64,000 bases of DNA, from assembly GCA_963845145.1 (NCBI GenBank), contig CAWJQU010000008.1:128001-192000 (forward strand), read 5' to 3'. The notes below the pieces were generated by a model. That model worked only from the letters and a program-made list of their open reading frames with translations. It was not told the origin of the DNA and made no database searches. The stretch comes from an uncultured delta proteobacterium (lineage in GTDB: Bacteria > Desulfobacterota > Desulfobacteria > Desulfobacterales > QNYZ01). The position numbers and the translations under genes were made by a program. Positions 10,599 through 22,228 of the stretch are shown one piece after another. How positions within the stretch are numbered: position 1 is the stretch's first letter; each line of letters begins with the position of its first letter.

Positions 10599-12365
10599 TC
10601 AAGCGGATATCACCATATCTCGGGACGACTGAATGTTGCACAGCTTGTAATAGGGCCCTTGCGCGTCGAATAACGTTTGATGGGTTCCTTCCTCGACGAT
10701 GCGCCCGGCTTCGACAACGATAATGCGATCGGCATACCGAATCGTGGATAGCCGGTGAGCGATGACAAAAGTGGTTCGTCCCTGCATGAGATTTTCAAGT
10801 GCTTTTTGAACCAACTGCTCGGATTTGGAATCCAGGGAGGAGGTTGCCTCGTCTAAAATTAAAATCGGGGCATCCTTCAAAAGGGCCCTGGCAATACACA
10901 AACGCTGTTTTTCACCGCCGGACAGACGGTCGCCAAGTTCTCCTACCAGGGTATCGTAGCCCTTGGGAAATCCAACGATAAAATCATGGGCATAGGCGGC
11001 CCTGGCGGCCGCCTCCACTTCCTTTTGCGAAGCATTCTGACGGCCATAAGCGATATTGTTGCGGACCGAATCATTAAATAATATCGGTTCCTGAGTGACG
11101 ATGGCGATCTGACGGCGCAACGATTCGATCGATGCAAGACGAAGATCCTGACCGTTGATTAATATCTTCCCCTGGGTCACATCGAAAAAGCGCAGAATCA
11201 GGTTCACCAGCGTTGTCTTCCCGCCGCCGCTGGGACCGACCAAAGCCAAAATCTCACCGGGACGGACGTCCAGGTTGATGTCTGTGATCACCATTTCATC
11301 ATCGCCATATCCGAAGCAAACATCCTTAAAAATCACACGGTGAGGCCCGCTGGGTATGACGATCGGCGCGTCAACCTCTTTAATATCGGACGAATGTTCG
11401 ATAATATCGAACACCCGGTCGGCAGCGGCCATCCCCTGCTGAATGGTATTATTAAACTTGCTCAACCGTCGGACCGGATCGTAAAGAAGCAAAACCGCGG
11501 CAATAAAAGAGGTAAAAGTGCCCACGGTCTGCGTACCGGCGATGACCCTGTGGCCCCCAAACCAGATGATAAAGGCGATTCCAATCCCACCCAGAAAGTC
11601 CATCACCGGTGACGAAAGCGCCCGGACAATAACCTGTTTCATCTGAAGCCTGAACAGATCGGAAGACTTTTTATCAAACCGCTCCTTTTCGTGGGCTTCC
11701 ATGCCAAAAGCCTTAACGATTTTGTTTCCGGTGAACGTCTCAAATAAAAAAACGCTCAGATCGGCCATGGATGCCTGATATCCTGTGCTATACCGACGAA
11801 TACGCCGCCCGAACGCGGTAATGGGGTAAAAGGCGATGGGAAGCACCAGGGTCGCCGCCAGGGCCAGTTGCCAATCCTGCGAGTAAATATACGCCACAAA
11901 ACCCAGAATCATCACGGCGTCTTTTACAATACCGGTCATGGCGTCTGATATCATCTCACGAACAATACTGACATCGTGGGTTATCCGCGCCATGAGTGAG
12001 CCCGTTTTTTCTTGCTGAAAAAATGAAAGGGGAAGGTCCTGAATGCGGCTGTACAGCCGATTCCGAAGCCGCATAACAATCTTCTCACCCACATATTTCA
12101 TCAGGTAGGCCTGGTAATACATGGCGGTTCCACGAACCAAAAAAAGACCAAGAATACCCAAGGGGATCAGATTCAGCATTTGGGTGTCTTTGTTGACGAA
12201 GATATCGTCTAATACGTGCTTTAACACGAAGGGGATCGCCACCTGAGTAGCCGCCACCATCACCATGGCGAAAAGGGCCAGAAACAGTCGTCCCCGGTGA
12301 TCTTTAACCATCCGTAGCAGATCGCCTATGCGCCCTTTAAACAGTTTGGAAAAGTATATCGGCAT
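10599..12365 (-). CDS. msbA: Lipid A flippase MsbA-like ABC transporter
   Basis: Membrane domain plus NBD (GPSGGGKT, LSGGEKQR, LDEATS) within the lpx cluster. Confidence 0.88.
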   Translation of the reverse strand: MPIYFSKLFKGRIGDLLRMVKDHRGRLFLALFAMVMVAATQVAIPFVLKHVLDDIFVNKDTQMLNLIPLGILGLFLVRGTAMYYQAYLMKYVGEKIVMRLRNRLYSRIQDLPLSFFQQEKTGSLMARITHDVSIVREMISDAMTGIVKDAVMILGFVAYIYSQDWQLALAATLVLPIAFYPITAFGRRIRRYSTGYQASMADLSVFLFETFTGNKIVKAFGMEAHEKERFDKKSSDLFRLQMKQVIVRALSSPVMDFLGGIGIAFIIWFGGHRVIAGTQTVGTFTSFIAAVLLLYDPVRRLSKFNNTIQQGMAAADRVFDIIEHSSDIKEVDAPIVIPSGPHRVIFKDVCFGYGDDEMVITDINLDVRPGEILALVGPSGGGKTTLVNLILRFFDVTQGKILINGQDLRLASIESLRRQIAIVTQEPILFNDSVRNNIAYGRQNASQKEVEAAARAAYAHDFIVGFPKGYDTLVGELGDRLSGGEKQRLCIARALLKDAPILILDEATSSLDSKSEQLVQKALENLMQGRTTFVIAHRLSTIRYADRIIVVEAGRIVEEGTHQTLFDAQGPYYKLCNIQSSRDMVISA

Positions 12366-12413
12366 ATGGTTCTTATCGTTTCATGGGGGCCGTTGAATTA
12401 TCCCGTTCCAATA

Positions 12414-13547
12414 TTATTTAATCAACTTAAACGCAAGTTCGGCCACACTGTCAGCGGCACCGCCGGTACCGAGTTTTTTGCGAACCATTGCCAGTTTTCG
12501 GCGGATGGTATCCGTACGGTTTTTCATGTTCAAAATCGTTCCCACCTCACCGGCAATATTTTCCGGCGTTGCCTGATTCTGAATCAACTCGGGAACAACT
12601 CCCTCTTGGGCAATAAGATTGACCAGGCTGATGTGGTTGACCCGGATCAAGAGCCGTCCCAAAAGATAACTCAGGGGCGATACCTTATAAATGACCACCA
12701 TTGGTACACCGGCGATGGCGGCCTCAAGAGTGACGGTACCCGATGCCGCCACGACCAGGTGGCATCGCGGAAACAGCCCCCTTGCACCACCATCGACTAT
12801 TTCACACGTTGGCGACGTTGGGGCGAGGTCCCGAATCATCGTCTGAATCAAGGGATATTGAGCCCGGTCCGCCGGGGCCAACAAAAACCGCGCCGACGCG
12901 AACGTTCGACTGATCAGTGGCAGACTCGCCAACATGGTCGGTAGATGACGCTCGATTTCCTGTCTTCGCGAGCCGGGCAGAAGCCCGATGACCGGAAAGG
13001 GGCTGGGTGCCGGTTCGACCGGATCGGACCACTTGTGGTCAAGCAAAGGGTGCCCTACATACGTCGCCGGCACAGCATTGGCATGAAAAAAGTCGGTCTC
13101 AAAGGGAAAAATCACCGCCATGTGGTCCACCCGCTGTCGAATGACGCGGACGCGGCCTGTCCGCCAGGCCCAAATCTGGGGGCTGATGTAGTAAAGAACC
13201 CGAATGCCCAGGGCTTTTGCGGTTTTGGCGACAATAAGGTTAAAATCGGGAAAATCAATCAGGATCAGCAAGGAGGGACGAATCCGCCTCAGGGCCTGTT
13301 TGACAATCCGAAGCCCCCTCAGAATTGATCCGGCATGCACCAACACCTCAGTGATACCGACGACGCTCAATGACGCGGCATCCACCAGAATGTTCACACC
13401 GGAAGCAGCCATGGCCGCCCCCCCCATGCCGACAAACGCTATGTCCGGACGTTTTTGGCGCATGGTCCGCACCAGCTGAGCCCCATGGAGATCACCCGAT
13501 GCTTCACCGGCGATAATCATTACCTGCTTTTTTTCTGCTGCGCCCAT
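12414..13547 (-). CDS. lpxB: Lipid-A-disaccharide synthase
   Basis: AGEASGD, IDFPDFN, PQIWAWR, LLPGSR. Confidence 0.95.
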   Translation of the reverse strand: MGAAEKKQVMIIAGEASGDLHGAQLVRTMRQKRPDIAFVGMGGAAMAASGVNILVDAASLSVVGITEVLVHAGSILRGLRIVKQALRRIRPSLLILIDFPDFNLIVAKTAKALGIRVLYYISPQIWAWRTGRVRVIRQRVDHMAVIFPFETDFFHANAVPATYVGHPLLDHKWSDPVEPAPSPFPVIGLLPGSRRQEIERHLPTMLASLPLISRTFASARFLLAPADRAQYPLIQTMIRDLAPTSPTCEIVDGGARGLFPRCHLVVAASGTVTLEAAIAGVPMVVIYKVSPLSYLLGRLLIRVNHISLVNLIAQEGVVPELIQNQATPENIAGEVGTILNMKNRTDTIRRKLAMVRKKLGTGGAADSVAELAFKLIK

Positions 13548-13570
13548 CGTTTGGCCCCTCACGTTGGGGG

Positions 13571-14539
13571 CTACCCGGTTAGCCGCTGGGTGTTCGCTTC
13601 GATCTGATCGACGATATTCAACGCCACGGCCAGCGCATTGCGTCCTGCTTCACCCGGAATCTTCGACTCTTTACGTGTGCGAACCGATTGAATAAATGAA
13701 TGTAATTCCGTGCTCAAAGCATCGGCTTCTTCAAATTGACGACTATGGATTTGCATTCCCGGAATCAGCCCCGGCTCTTTCCCGTTTCCTCTTTTTACAG
13801 AAACAATTTCACGCTTCGCAAAATCCACCGCGATATAAGCATTTTTCTGAAACAATCGAATTTTGCGTTGGTTCTTCATGGAAACCCGACTGGTCGTGAC
13901 GTTGGCCACACAACCATTATCAAACTCTAAACGGGCATTGGCGATATCAACCCGATCCGTAATCACCGCCACGCCGGAAGCGTGAATCCCCTTTATTTTT
14001 GATCCGACAAAATTAAGGAGGATATCGATATCGTGAATCATCAAATCCAATACAACGCTGACATCCGTTGCCCGCTCCTTGAAAACACTCAAACGATGCG
14101 ATTCGATAAACATGGGACCGTCAATCACATCCGCCAGGGCCATGACCGCCGGATTGAACCGTTCCAGATGCCCGACCTGAATGATCAGGCTTTTGTCCCT
14201 GGCTAACGCGATCAGCTGATCCGCTTCCTTCAGGGTCGTTGTCATCGGTTTTTCAATCAGCACGTCCACACCGTTTTCAAGAAAATCATGGCTAATGGCA
14301 AAATGCGACGGTGTCGGCGTCACAATGCTGACCGCGTCGACTTTCCCATAAATCTCCGTGTGGCGCATATATGCCCGAGTATCAAGCCGGTCCGCCGCTT
14401 CACGGGCGCTAGCCTCATCCACATCCACAACCCCAACGAGGTCAACATCCTTCATTTGAGCATATTTTTCGGCATGAAATTTACCCAGATACCCCACACC
14501 GATAACACCTACGCGTAATTTTCGATTTTGCCGGTCCAT
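13571..14539 (-). CDS. Gfo/Idh/MocA oxidoreductase, GnnA-like (putative UDP-GlcNAc 3-dehydrogenase)
   Basis: EKP, GHLERFNP, DLMIHDID motifs; lies between lpxA and lpxB. Confidence 0.75.
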   Translation of the reverse strand: MDRQNRKLRVGVIGVGYLGKFHAEKYAQMKDVDLVGVVDVDEASAREAADRLDTRAYMRHTEIYGKVDAVSIVTPTPSHFAISHDFLENGVDVLIEKPMTTTLKEADQLIALARDKSLIIQVGHLERFNPAVMALADVIDGPMFIESHRLSVFKERATDVSVVLDLMIHDIDILLNFVGSKIKGIHASGVAVITDRVDIANARLEFDNGCVANVTTSRVSMKNQRKIRLFQKNAYIAVDFAKREIVSVKRGNGKEPGLIPGMQIHSRQFEEADALSTELHSFIQSVRTRKESKIPGEAGRNALAVALNIVDQIEANTQRLTG

Positions 14540-14605
14540 CGCTCTCCGCCAACCGTTATGGTTATACGGTTATAATTTTGAGAAATTTAAACTAAGCTGC
14601 AGTCA

Positions 14606-15376
14606 TCAGCGGGTAACCCCGCGATTCGAGCTTTGAATGAATTTGACCAGGTTCATTACTTCGGGCACCTTTTCCAGCTCAGCACTGATCCGCTCAATGG
14701 CTTCGTTTAAAGTCAGGCCGATTCGAAAAAGGATTCTATAGGCGCGTTTGAGGGCTAAAAGGGTCTCTTTGCTGAACCCGTGCCGCTTCAGGCCGACGTT
14801 GTTAAGGCCGTGCAACCGGGCCCGATCACCGGCGGCGATGACATACGGCGGGATGTCTTTAACGACCGCCGATTTTCCACCGACGTAAGCATAAGCACCA
14901 ATTCTCACGAACTGGTGGATGGCCACGAGCCCCCCAATGGTAGCATGGTCTTCACAAATAATGTGCCCCGCCAGGGTGGCATTATTGGCCATGATGACCC
15001 CTTTTCCGGTCTTGCAATCGTGAGCCACATGGGTATAGGCCATCAGAAAATTGTTCTCGCCCACTTCCGTGACCCCGCCGCCAAAGGCGGTACCCCGGTT
15101 AAGCGTGGCGAACTCGCGAATAACCGTTCCCCGTCCTATTCTTAAATAGGTTTCTTCGCCCTGGTACTTTAATGCCTGGGGGGCCGCCCCCACTGAAACG
15201 TGATCAAAAATGTGGCAATCGGCGCCGATTTCTGTAAACCGGTCGATGGTGACATGACTGCCGATTTTCACCCCTGGCCCAATGGTGACGTTGTCCTTGA
15301 TAATGGTGTAAGGCCCGACGGAAACCGTCGTATCCAGATCCGCTTTTTTACCGATAATTGCTGTTGTATGTATCAT
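14606..15376 (-). CDS. lpxA: Acyl-ACP--UDP-GlcNAc O-acyltransferase
   Basis: Hexapeptide repeats, HVAHDC, LAGH, GLNNVGLKR. Confidence 0.95.
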   Translation of the reverse strand: MIHTTAIIGKKADLDTTVSVGPYTIIKDNVTIGPGVKIGSHVTIDRFTEIGADCHIFDHVSVGAAPQALKYQGEETYLRIGRGTVIREFATLNRGTAFGGGVTEVGENNFLMAYTHVAHDCKTGKGVIMANNATLAGHIICEDHATIGGLVAIHQFVRIGAYAYVGGKSAVVKDIPPYVIAAGDRARLHGLNNVGLKRHGFSKETLLALKRAYRILFRIGLTLNEAIERISAELEKVPEVMNLVKFIQSSNRGVTR

Positions 15377-15822
15377 GAGCTCCGTCCAAAAGATGCCATC
15401 ATTTCCGCTTCCGCTGCCAGTTTTCCGTCCACTTTCGCCGTTCCACTCATTTTGGCGGCCGTAGATCGGGCTCTTAACAATTCAACGTCTAATACCAATT
15501 GATCCCCAGGAACCACCGGTTTTCGAAAACGCACCCGGTCCATGGCGGTAAAATAAAATATCAACTGGTCATCGTCCTTTTTATCCGCCGTTTCCCACGC
15601 CAGGAGCCCTCCCGCCTGGGCCATAGCCTCGACGATCAACACGCCAGGCATGATCGGTTCGGACGGAAAGTGCCCGGCGAAAAAGGGCTCATTGATGGTC
15701 ACGTTTTTAATCGCCGTTATGCGTTTACCGGGAACCAGTTCTATAATCCGATCGATCATCAGAAACGGATATCGATGCGGTAACCGTTTCATGATGGAAA
15801 GAATATCGTATGATTTTTCCAT
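15373..15822 (-). CDS. fabZ: 3-hydroxyacyl-ACP dehydratase
   Basis: LPHRYPFLMIDR, GHFP, PGVLIVEAMAQ. Confidence 0.95.
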   Translation of the reverse strand: MEKSYDILSIMKRLPHRYPFLMIDRIIELVPGKRITAIKNVTINEPFFAGHFPSEPIMPGVLIVEAMAQAGGLLAWETADKKDDDQLIFYFTAMDRVRFRKPVVPGDQLVLDVELLRARSTAAKMSGTAKVDGKLAAEAEMMASFGRSS

Positions 15823-15887
15823 TAAAGCTCCTTCGTATGCCACAACCCCACGGCACTGCACCTTCTGGGATCGAAAAACATCTGTCG

Positions 15888-16907
15888 TTATTTTTGATTC
15901 TTCCCTACTCGCTTCTCCAGGCGTGCAAGCCGCTTTACTATTTCGGGAAGTCTGGGAATAATTAGGCTGACTTTAAGCCACAGGCGATGGGGCATTTCCG
16001 GCGCGCCGGATACTATCTGTCCATCACCAATGGATTTGGCCACCCCGGCCCGGGGACCGATCGTCACGTTATCCCCAATGCGTAAATGACCGGCCACGGC
16101 CGCCTGTCCGGCGATAATCGCATGTCTCCCCAAAGTCGTGCTGCCGGCGATGCCAACCTGGGCCACCAGCACCGAATGCTCCCCCACGATCACATTATGG
16201 GCAATATGAACGAGGTTATCCGTTTTGACGCCCTTTTTGAGCCAGGTTTTCCCGAAAGTGGCCCTGTCGATCGTATTGTTGGCACCGATTTCCACATCGT
16301 CATCAATCTGAACGATACCTGTTTGCGGTATTTTGACATACGCTTCGCCGTCCGGAACAAATCCATAGCCATCACTACCAACAACAGTGCCGGCATGAAT
16401 AATCACGCGACTTCCGATACGGCACCGCTCCCCGATGGTGACATTGGAATGAATAATGACATCGTCGCCCAAGGTCACCTCGGGTCCGATGGTCGCCCCG
16501 GCGTGGATTTGGACCCGGTGACCGCAGCGGACATTCTTTGCGATCACCGCACAGGGGCCGACATAAACAGACGCTCCACTTGAAAAATCCGGCGCGACGC
16601 TGGCTTTGGCATCAATGCCGGTACCCGGATCCCGAGGCGGTAAAAACCTGCCAACGATATCGGCAAAAGCCAAGCGCGGATTATCCACCTGAATCAGGTT
16701 CCGGTTTGGCGTCCCAAAAGAGCGGGGAACAATCACCGCCCCCGCCCGGGTATCATCGATCTGTTTTAAAAAGGCCGGTCGATCCGCAAAAGTGATGTCC
16801 TCAGCCGTTGCCTGCTCAAATGGGCTGACGCCGGAAATCAATCGATCGGGGTCCCCGCTCACCTCACCCCCCACCAGATTCGCTATCTCCTGTAGTGATC
16901 GCCTCAT
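15888..16907 (-). CDS. lpxD: UDP-3-O-acyl-glucosamine N-acyltransferase
   Basis: [21 protein letters not shown]. Confidence 0.95.
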   Translation of the reverse strand: MRRSLQEIANLVGGEVSGDPDRLISGVSPFEQATAEDITFADRPAFLKQIDDTRAGAVIVPRSFGTPNRNLIQVDNPRLAFADIVGRFLPPRDPGTGIDAKASVAPDFSSGASVYVGPCAVIAKNVRCGHRVQIHAGATIGPEVTLGDDVIIHSNVTIGERCRIGSRVIIHAGTVVGSDGYGFVPDGEAYVKIPQTGIVQIDDDVEIGANNTIDRATFGKTWLKKGVKTDNLVHIAHNVIVGEHSVLVAQVGIAGSTTLGRHAIIAGQAAVAGHLRIGDNVTIGPRAGVAKSIGDGQIVSGAPEMPHRLWLKVSLIIPRLPEIVKRLARLEKRVGKNQK

Positions 16908-16913
16908 TCGTGT

Positions 16914-17468
16914 TTATTCCGTACCTTTTTTCGTTTCGGCGGCCACTTTTTTATCGTATTGCTCAATCACCAACGGGGTGATGTCCAGGGTCTCTTTGGA
17001 ATAAATAACGCCCCCGGCTCGCTTTTCCAGTACCATCAGGTAATCTTTATCTTTAGCAATCCGATCAACCAGGCTGAAAACGTCATCCTGAATTTTACTG
17101 ATCACTTTGGTTTCCAGTTTTTTAATGTTCGATTGATACTTGGCCTCTAAGCTTTTAAAATCATTGAACTTGATCCGTATTTCCCGCTGTTTTTCTTCCC
17201 GCGCTTCTTTATTCAACACCATTCGTTCAAGCTCCAGTTTTTTCTCCAACGCCTTAATCTCATCACGCTTTTCCTTTAAATCAGCCTTCATTTTTTCCGC
17301 TTCGATATTGATCTTTGCCTGGGCGGCCTTTCCGGCACTGGAGGTCTCCAAAATCTGTTGAAAATCGATGAGGGCCATCGAACCCTTTTCCGCACTCAAA
17401 GCTTGAGTGGTCAAAAAACCCGCTAAAATGACGGAGATCAACATAATTCTGACTATCTTTGACATCAT
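16914..17468 (-). CDS. skp: Skp/OmpH periplasmic chaperone
   Basis: Signal peptide and coiled coil; bamA-skp-lpxD order. Confidence 0.85.
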   Translation of the reverse strand: MMSKIVRIMLISVILAGFLTTQALSAEKGSMALIDFQQILETSSAGKAAQAKINIEAEKMKADLKEKRDEIKALEKKLELERMVLNKEAREEKQREIRIKFNDFKSLEAKYQSNIKKLETKVISKIQDDVFSLVDRIAKDKDYLMVLEKRAGGVIYSKETLDITPLVIEQYDKKVAAETKKGTE

Positions 17469-17581
17469 AGACTCCCTTTTACAGGTCAATATTTAAAAAA
17501 TTTCCATATATTAGCGGATGGTAAATAGCCGCCATAATCCTATAACCGAGCAGACCGATTACAATTTGGGTTAAAATGGGG

Positions 17582-20232
17582 TTAAAAAGCGGCCTCCATG
17601 GCAAATTCCCACTTGCCGCCGCTGTCTTCGTCCCCTTCAGGATCGAGAATATGGCCTCTTTCCAGACGAATGGGCCCCACCGGAGAATTCCAGCGTATGC
17701 CATAGCCCGCGGTTCGGCGCAAATTACCCATGTCGATGCTTTCGTCTTCACCGAAGACGTTTCCGGTATCGTAGAAGAGAACCCCTAAAATTCCCTGCTC
17801 TTCGAGCAAGGGAATATGGATTTCGGCATTGAGTTGAACATATTTATTTCCGCCGATTTCGTCCCCGGCCTCATCCGTAGCACTTATATCCCGCCAGCCA
17901 AACCCTCGCAGGGAATGAATTCCGCCCAGGTAGAATTTCTGGTAATCAGGCAACAAGCCGTTGCTGTGTTCCGTGACATACCCACCCTCGGTGTGCAAAA
18001 AACCGACCAACCCTTTAAATAGGGGAAAATAGACACCCAATTCACCCGTGTATTTTATAAATTTGATGTCTCCCCCGATACCGGCATATTCGATGGCTAC
18101 CCGGTGATCCTGGCCACTCGTCGTATAAAAGTAGCGATTCCGGGAGTCATAATGGAGGGTACTGACGACGGCGCTGGTGACATTCTTTCCTTCCAGTTCC
18201 TTGATTGATTGGGCGGCGTCCTCATCGATGTTATCCACATCGGCGATATCATAGTAATATTTTAAGAATAACCGCGTATCGGTAAAAACCGGGTACCCCG
18301 CCTTCACGCTGCCCCCCGTACTCTCCTTTTCATAGGTATCGTAATCAAAATCCCATTTGTATAATCCAACGCCGGCGGATAAAGGGATATCAAACAGCCA
18401 AGGTTCGACCAGATCGAGGTTGAAACGTTTGGATTTGCTACCGATATTCACCTTTAAATCAAGTGTCGCGCCGTACCCTAAAAGGTTGCGTTCCTGAATA
18501 GAACCGGACGCGAAAAATTTCTCAACGCTGCTGTAACCCCCGCCCATGGAAAGCATCCCGGTTGATCTTTCCTTGACTTCGACATCGAGGACCATCCGGT
18601 CATCCGCGCTACCCTTGCGGGTATTGGCCTGGACATCATCAAAATAGCCCATTCGGTGAAGATTTCGCATCCCGCGTTTTAATTTTTTCCCTGAAAACAG
18701 TTCGCCTTCACTGACTTCTAGCTGGCGACGAATCACCTTATCGCGGGTACGGGTATTACCACTGATCGATATACGCTCAAAATAGACCGGTGCCCCCTTT
18801 TTAATCCTGATATCGATATTAACAACCTTATTTTCCACATCCTGATCGAGCTTAGGGATCATATTTGCGTAGGCATAACCATCATCGGAATACAAATCGT
18901 TAAGCGTCACAATATCATTGCGTAGAATCTCGCGATTAAAAAAAGATTCCTTTGCAATGCCCAATTTTTCCTTCAACTGCGCTTCGGATAAAATTAAATC
19001 TCCCGTTAAACCGACCGTTCCCACCTTAAACCGGGGTCCTTCATAAACTTTGAGTTTTATGTAAATCCACGCTTCTTTAAATGTCACCTGCGGCTCGCCG
19101 ATACGTGCTTGAATGTAACCGTTGTTCTGATAAAAAGCGGTCAATTTGGCCACGTCTTGTTCCAGATCCTCTTTATTCAGATCTCCTGAAGAGGTCAGCC
19201 ACGAAAAAAACCCTTTCTCCGACGTTTTCATCTCATCTTGCAAATCGTCATCGGAATAGGCAGCATTACCTTCAAACGCGATGCTCTTGATCCTGACTTT
19301 TTCCCCTTCGCTAATAACAAAGGTCAGATCCCCTCGGTTTTGCTCGGCATTGTCAACCTCGTACACAATTTTAACATTTTGATAGTTCTTCTCTTTGTAT
19401 TGATCTTCCAGGCGGCTAATGTTCCTTTGAATGCTAAAAATGTTTAATACCGCACCGGTTTTGATATCCAGTGTGGTCATCAATTCCTCATCATCAAAAA
19501 TGCGGTTTCCCTTAAATTTGATATTACGGACAATGGGTTTCTCCTTAACCTTAACAACGACGGTTTTCCCCGCCCCCCCTCTTCGGATTCAATGCGGACA
19601 TCTTCAAAATATCCCATGGCGTAGATCCGCTTTAAATCCTCGGATAGGCTTTTGGTAAGAAACACATCCCCGGGGCGGGTTTGGATGTTTTTCAGAATAG
19701 CATCCGCTTCGATACGCTGGTTGCCGGTAATTTTTACCTCAACCACTTTTTCCTGCTTAAAAATCGTATAGCCCAAATCCCGTGATAGCGCAGCAACCGT
19801 TGCCGGAATCGTTTCAACCCCCTTATCGGCCGCGAAGACTGAGCGGGGGGAATCTTCAGTGATTGTTTGGATCACGTTGGCATCAATACTGTATTGTTCG
19901 CCAATCCAGGTTAAGCTACCCCATAATACAAAATCGGCACCTGCTTGGCGGCCGGCCAGACGAATCATTTCGGGATCCATCTTTTCTTTGTCGCCCCATC
20001 CTGGGGGAAACGACTCGGAAGAAACGATGGTGGCCCCATCTGTTTTCAGCTTCGCTTCCAACGCCTTTTTAATTTCACCGCCCAAGTAAGCCATGTCGTC
20101 TGTGGCGTATACTTGAAAAGGCAGCACCCATACCTTTTCACTGGGCCGTGATTGTGCCATCACCGAATGTGAAAGCAACAAGAGCCCAATGATTGTAAGA
20201 AGATAACGCTGTATAATCTGATCAATCCGCAT
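17582..20232 (-). pseudogene. bamA: BamA split by a 1-nt frameshift near 19573-19579 (possibly a sequencing artefact)
   Basis: ORFs 19480-20232 and 17582-19483 give POTRA domains and a barrel (FYLGG..SLRGF, C-terminal F). Adding one G to the G7 run gives a continuous ...EEGGAGKTVVVKVKEKPIVRNIKFKGNRIFDDEELMTTL. Confidence 0.85.
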
Positions 20233-20929
20233 TTACCAACCGCCCCTCGCTAATCGTCACCCGGCGGGACATCAACGCTGCCAAAGCCGGGTTGTGCGTG
20301 ACCACCACCAGCGTCATACCAAACTCCTGGTTTAAAGACATGAGCAAATCATGCACCTGGTCCGCATTTTTCTCATCCAGATTCCCCGTAGGTTCATCGG
20401 CCAGCAATACCAACGGATTTAGCACCAGCGCCCGGGCCAAAGCCACCCTTTGCTGTTCGCCACCGGAGAGTTTCGTCACCGGATGATGCAGGCGGTCTTG
20501 CATCCCCACACGCACCAGAATCCTTTCGGCCATCTGGTTGGCCTTGGGACGGGGGATGCCCTGGATATAGGCCGGCATCATCGCGTTTTCAATCGCACTG
20601 AACTCGGCCAACAGGTGATGAAACTGAAAAACAAACCCGATCGAAGCGTTTCGAAAAGCCGCCATTGAAGCCGGTTCGAGGGCGAAAATATCTTGTCCAT
20701 TAAACCGTACGCGCCCGGTATCGGGTCGATCAAGGGCGCCCAAAATATGAAGCAGGGTCGATTTGCCGATGCCCGACGGACCAATAATGGCAACGGTTTC
20801 ACCGGCCGCCAATTCAAAATCGACATCTTTCAAAATTTCGATTTCAGCCAGGCTGTTTTGAAAGGTTCGCCCCATCGCTTCAATATGGATGAGGGGCTCG
20901 GCTTTAGTGTGGGGTCGAGGGTCACCCAT
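20222..20929 (-). CDS. lolD: Lipoprotein-releasing ABC ATPase
   Basis: GPSGIGKS, GFVFQFHHLL, LADEPTGNLD. Confidence 0.9.
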   Translation of the reverse strand: MGDPRPHTKAEPLIHIEAMGRTFQNSLAEIEILKDVDFELAAGETVAIIGPSGIGKSTLLHILGALDRPDTGRVRFNGQDIFALEPASMAAFRNASIGFVFQFHHLLAEFSAIENAMMPAYIQGIPRPKANQMAERILVRVGMQDRLHHPVTKLSGGEQQRVALARALVLNPLVLLADEPTGNLDEKNADQVHDLLMSLNQEFGMTLVVVTHNPALAALMSRRVTISEGRLVNAD

Positions 20930-22157
20930 AGCGAATGGCATCCACAGGATCAAGCTTAGCCGCCTGGTTCGCAGGATACAAAGTCGCCAAAAAACAGATA
21001 ACCATTGCCGCCACGGCTATCATCACCACATCCAGCGCCTCAAGTCGCACCGGTAGGGTCGTAATATAATAGACATCTCCGGGTAACTCTATAAATTTGT
21101 ATTTTTCAAGCAGCCAGCAAAGCACAAAACCGAAAACCACACCCAGAAAGGTTCCAATGGCACCGATAACCAGGCCTTTGAAAACGAATATTTTGCGCAC
21201 ACTGCCGTTCGTGGCCCCCATAGCCTTTAAAATCGCGACATCTTTCGTCTTCTCCATTACCATCATGATCAGGCTGCTGGCAATGTTAAAGGCGGCCACC
21301 AGTACAATCAAGGCCAGAATGATGAACATGACGGTCTTTTCCAGTTTCAAGGCCGAAAACAAATTTTTATTCATCTGCATCCAGGTCCGGGTCCAGAATG
21401 GAAAACCAAGTGTCTCACCGATTCGAGCGGCAATATTTTCGGCCTGGTAAATATCGTGCAGGCGGACTTCTATTCCGCTGACCGCATTGGACATGCGCAT
21501 CAATTTTTGGGCTTCGGCCAAATGGATATAGGCCAGTGACCCGTCGAACTCGTACATCCCGGATTCAAAAAAACCGACCACTTTAAACCGCCGCATGGCC
21601 GGTAGATGCCCGGTAGGACCCAACATGCCTCTGGGCGAAATCATAAAGATGACATCCTCGCGTACAACACCCAGTTGACTCCCAAGCTGCTTGCCCAGGA
21701 TGATGCCCGGCGGTGTAAAACCGGTGCCCTTTTCCTGATGAGATTTATCCAGATCGTTGAGTAAATCCGGTGTTAGAACACTGATAACCCCACCGGCGGT
21801 TTCGGTGTCGATTCCACGTACAACGGCTCCGGAAACACCGGCCGCCGATCGTAGCATGATCTGGTCATGGACAATGGGTGTCACCGCTGCCACCCCATCC
21901 AATGACGCGATTTGCGTTTGGATTTTCCGATACGCCTGGATCCCCTCACCGTGGCGACGGACGACCAGATGGGATTCGATACCGAGAATGCGGGTCTTCA
22001 GATCGGATTCAAAGCCGGCCATAACCGCAATGACGACAATCAACGCCATCACGCCGACCATAACACCGGCAATGGAAAGAATGGTGATTAACGAAATAAA
22101 GGATTGTGCTTGTTTGGCCCTTAAATAGCGGGCACCGATGAAATATTCAAAAGCCAT
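20922..22157 (-). CDS. lolE: Lipoprotein-releasing permease LolC/E
   Basis: RYLRAK..SFIS, VAAFNI, VYYITTLP. Confidence 0.85.
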   Translation of the reverse strand: MAFEYFIGARYLRAKQAQSFISLITILSIAGVMVGVMALIVVIAVMAGFESDLKTRILGIESHLVVRRHGEGIQAYRKIQTQIASLDGVAAVTPIVHDQIMLRSAAGVSGAVVRGIDTETAGGVISVLTPDLLNDLDKSHQEKGTGFTPPGIILGKQLGSQLGVVREDVIFMISPRGMLGPTGHLPAMRRFKVVGFFESGMYEFDGSLAYIHLAEAQKLMRMSNAVSGIEVRLHDIYQAENIAARIGETLGFPFWTRTWMQMNKNLFSALKLEKTVMFIILALIVLVAAFNIASSLIMMVMEKTKDVAILKAMGATNGSVRKIFVFKGLVIGAIGTFLGVVFGFVLCWLLEKYKFIELPGDVYYITTLPVRLEALDVVMIAVAAMVICFLATLYPANQAAKLDPVDAIRYG

Positions 22158-22228
22158 GGGTCATCTGTTTTATTGCACCAATCCTCTTTGCTCAGCCAGT
22201 AAATCAATCGCATGATTCGACCGCGTGA

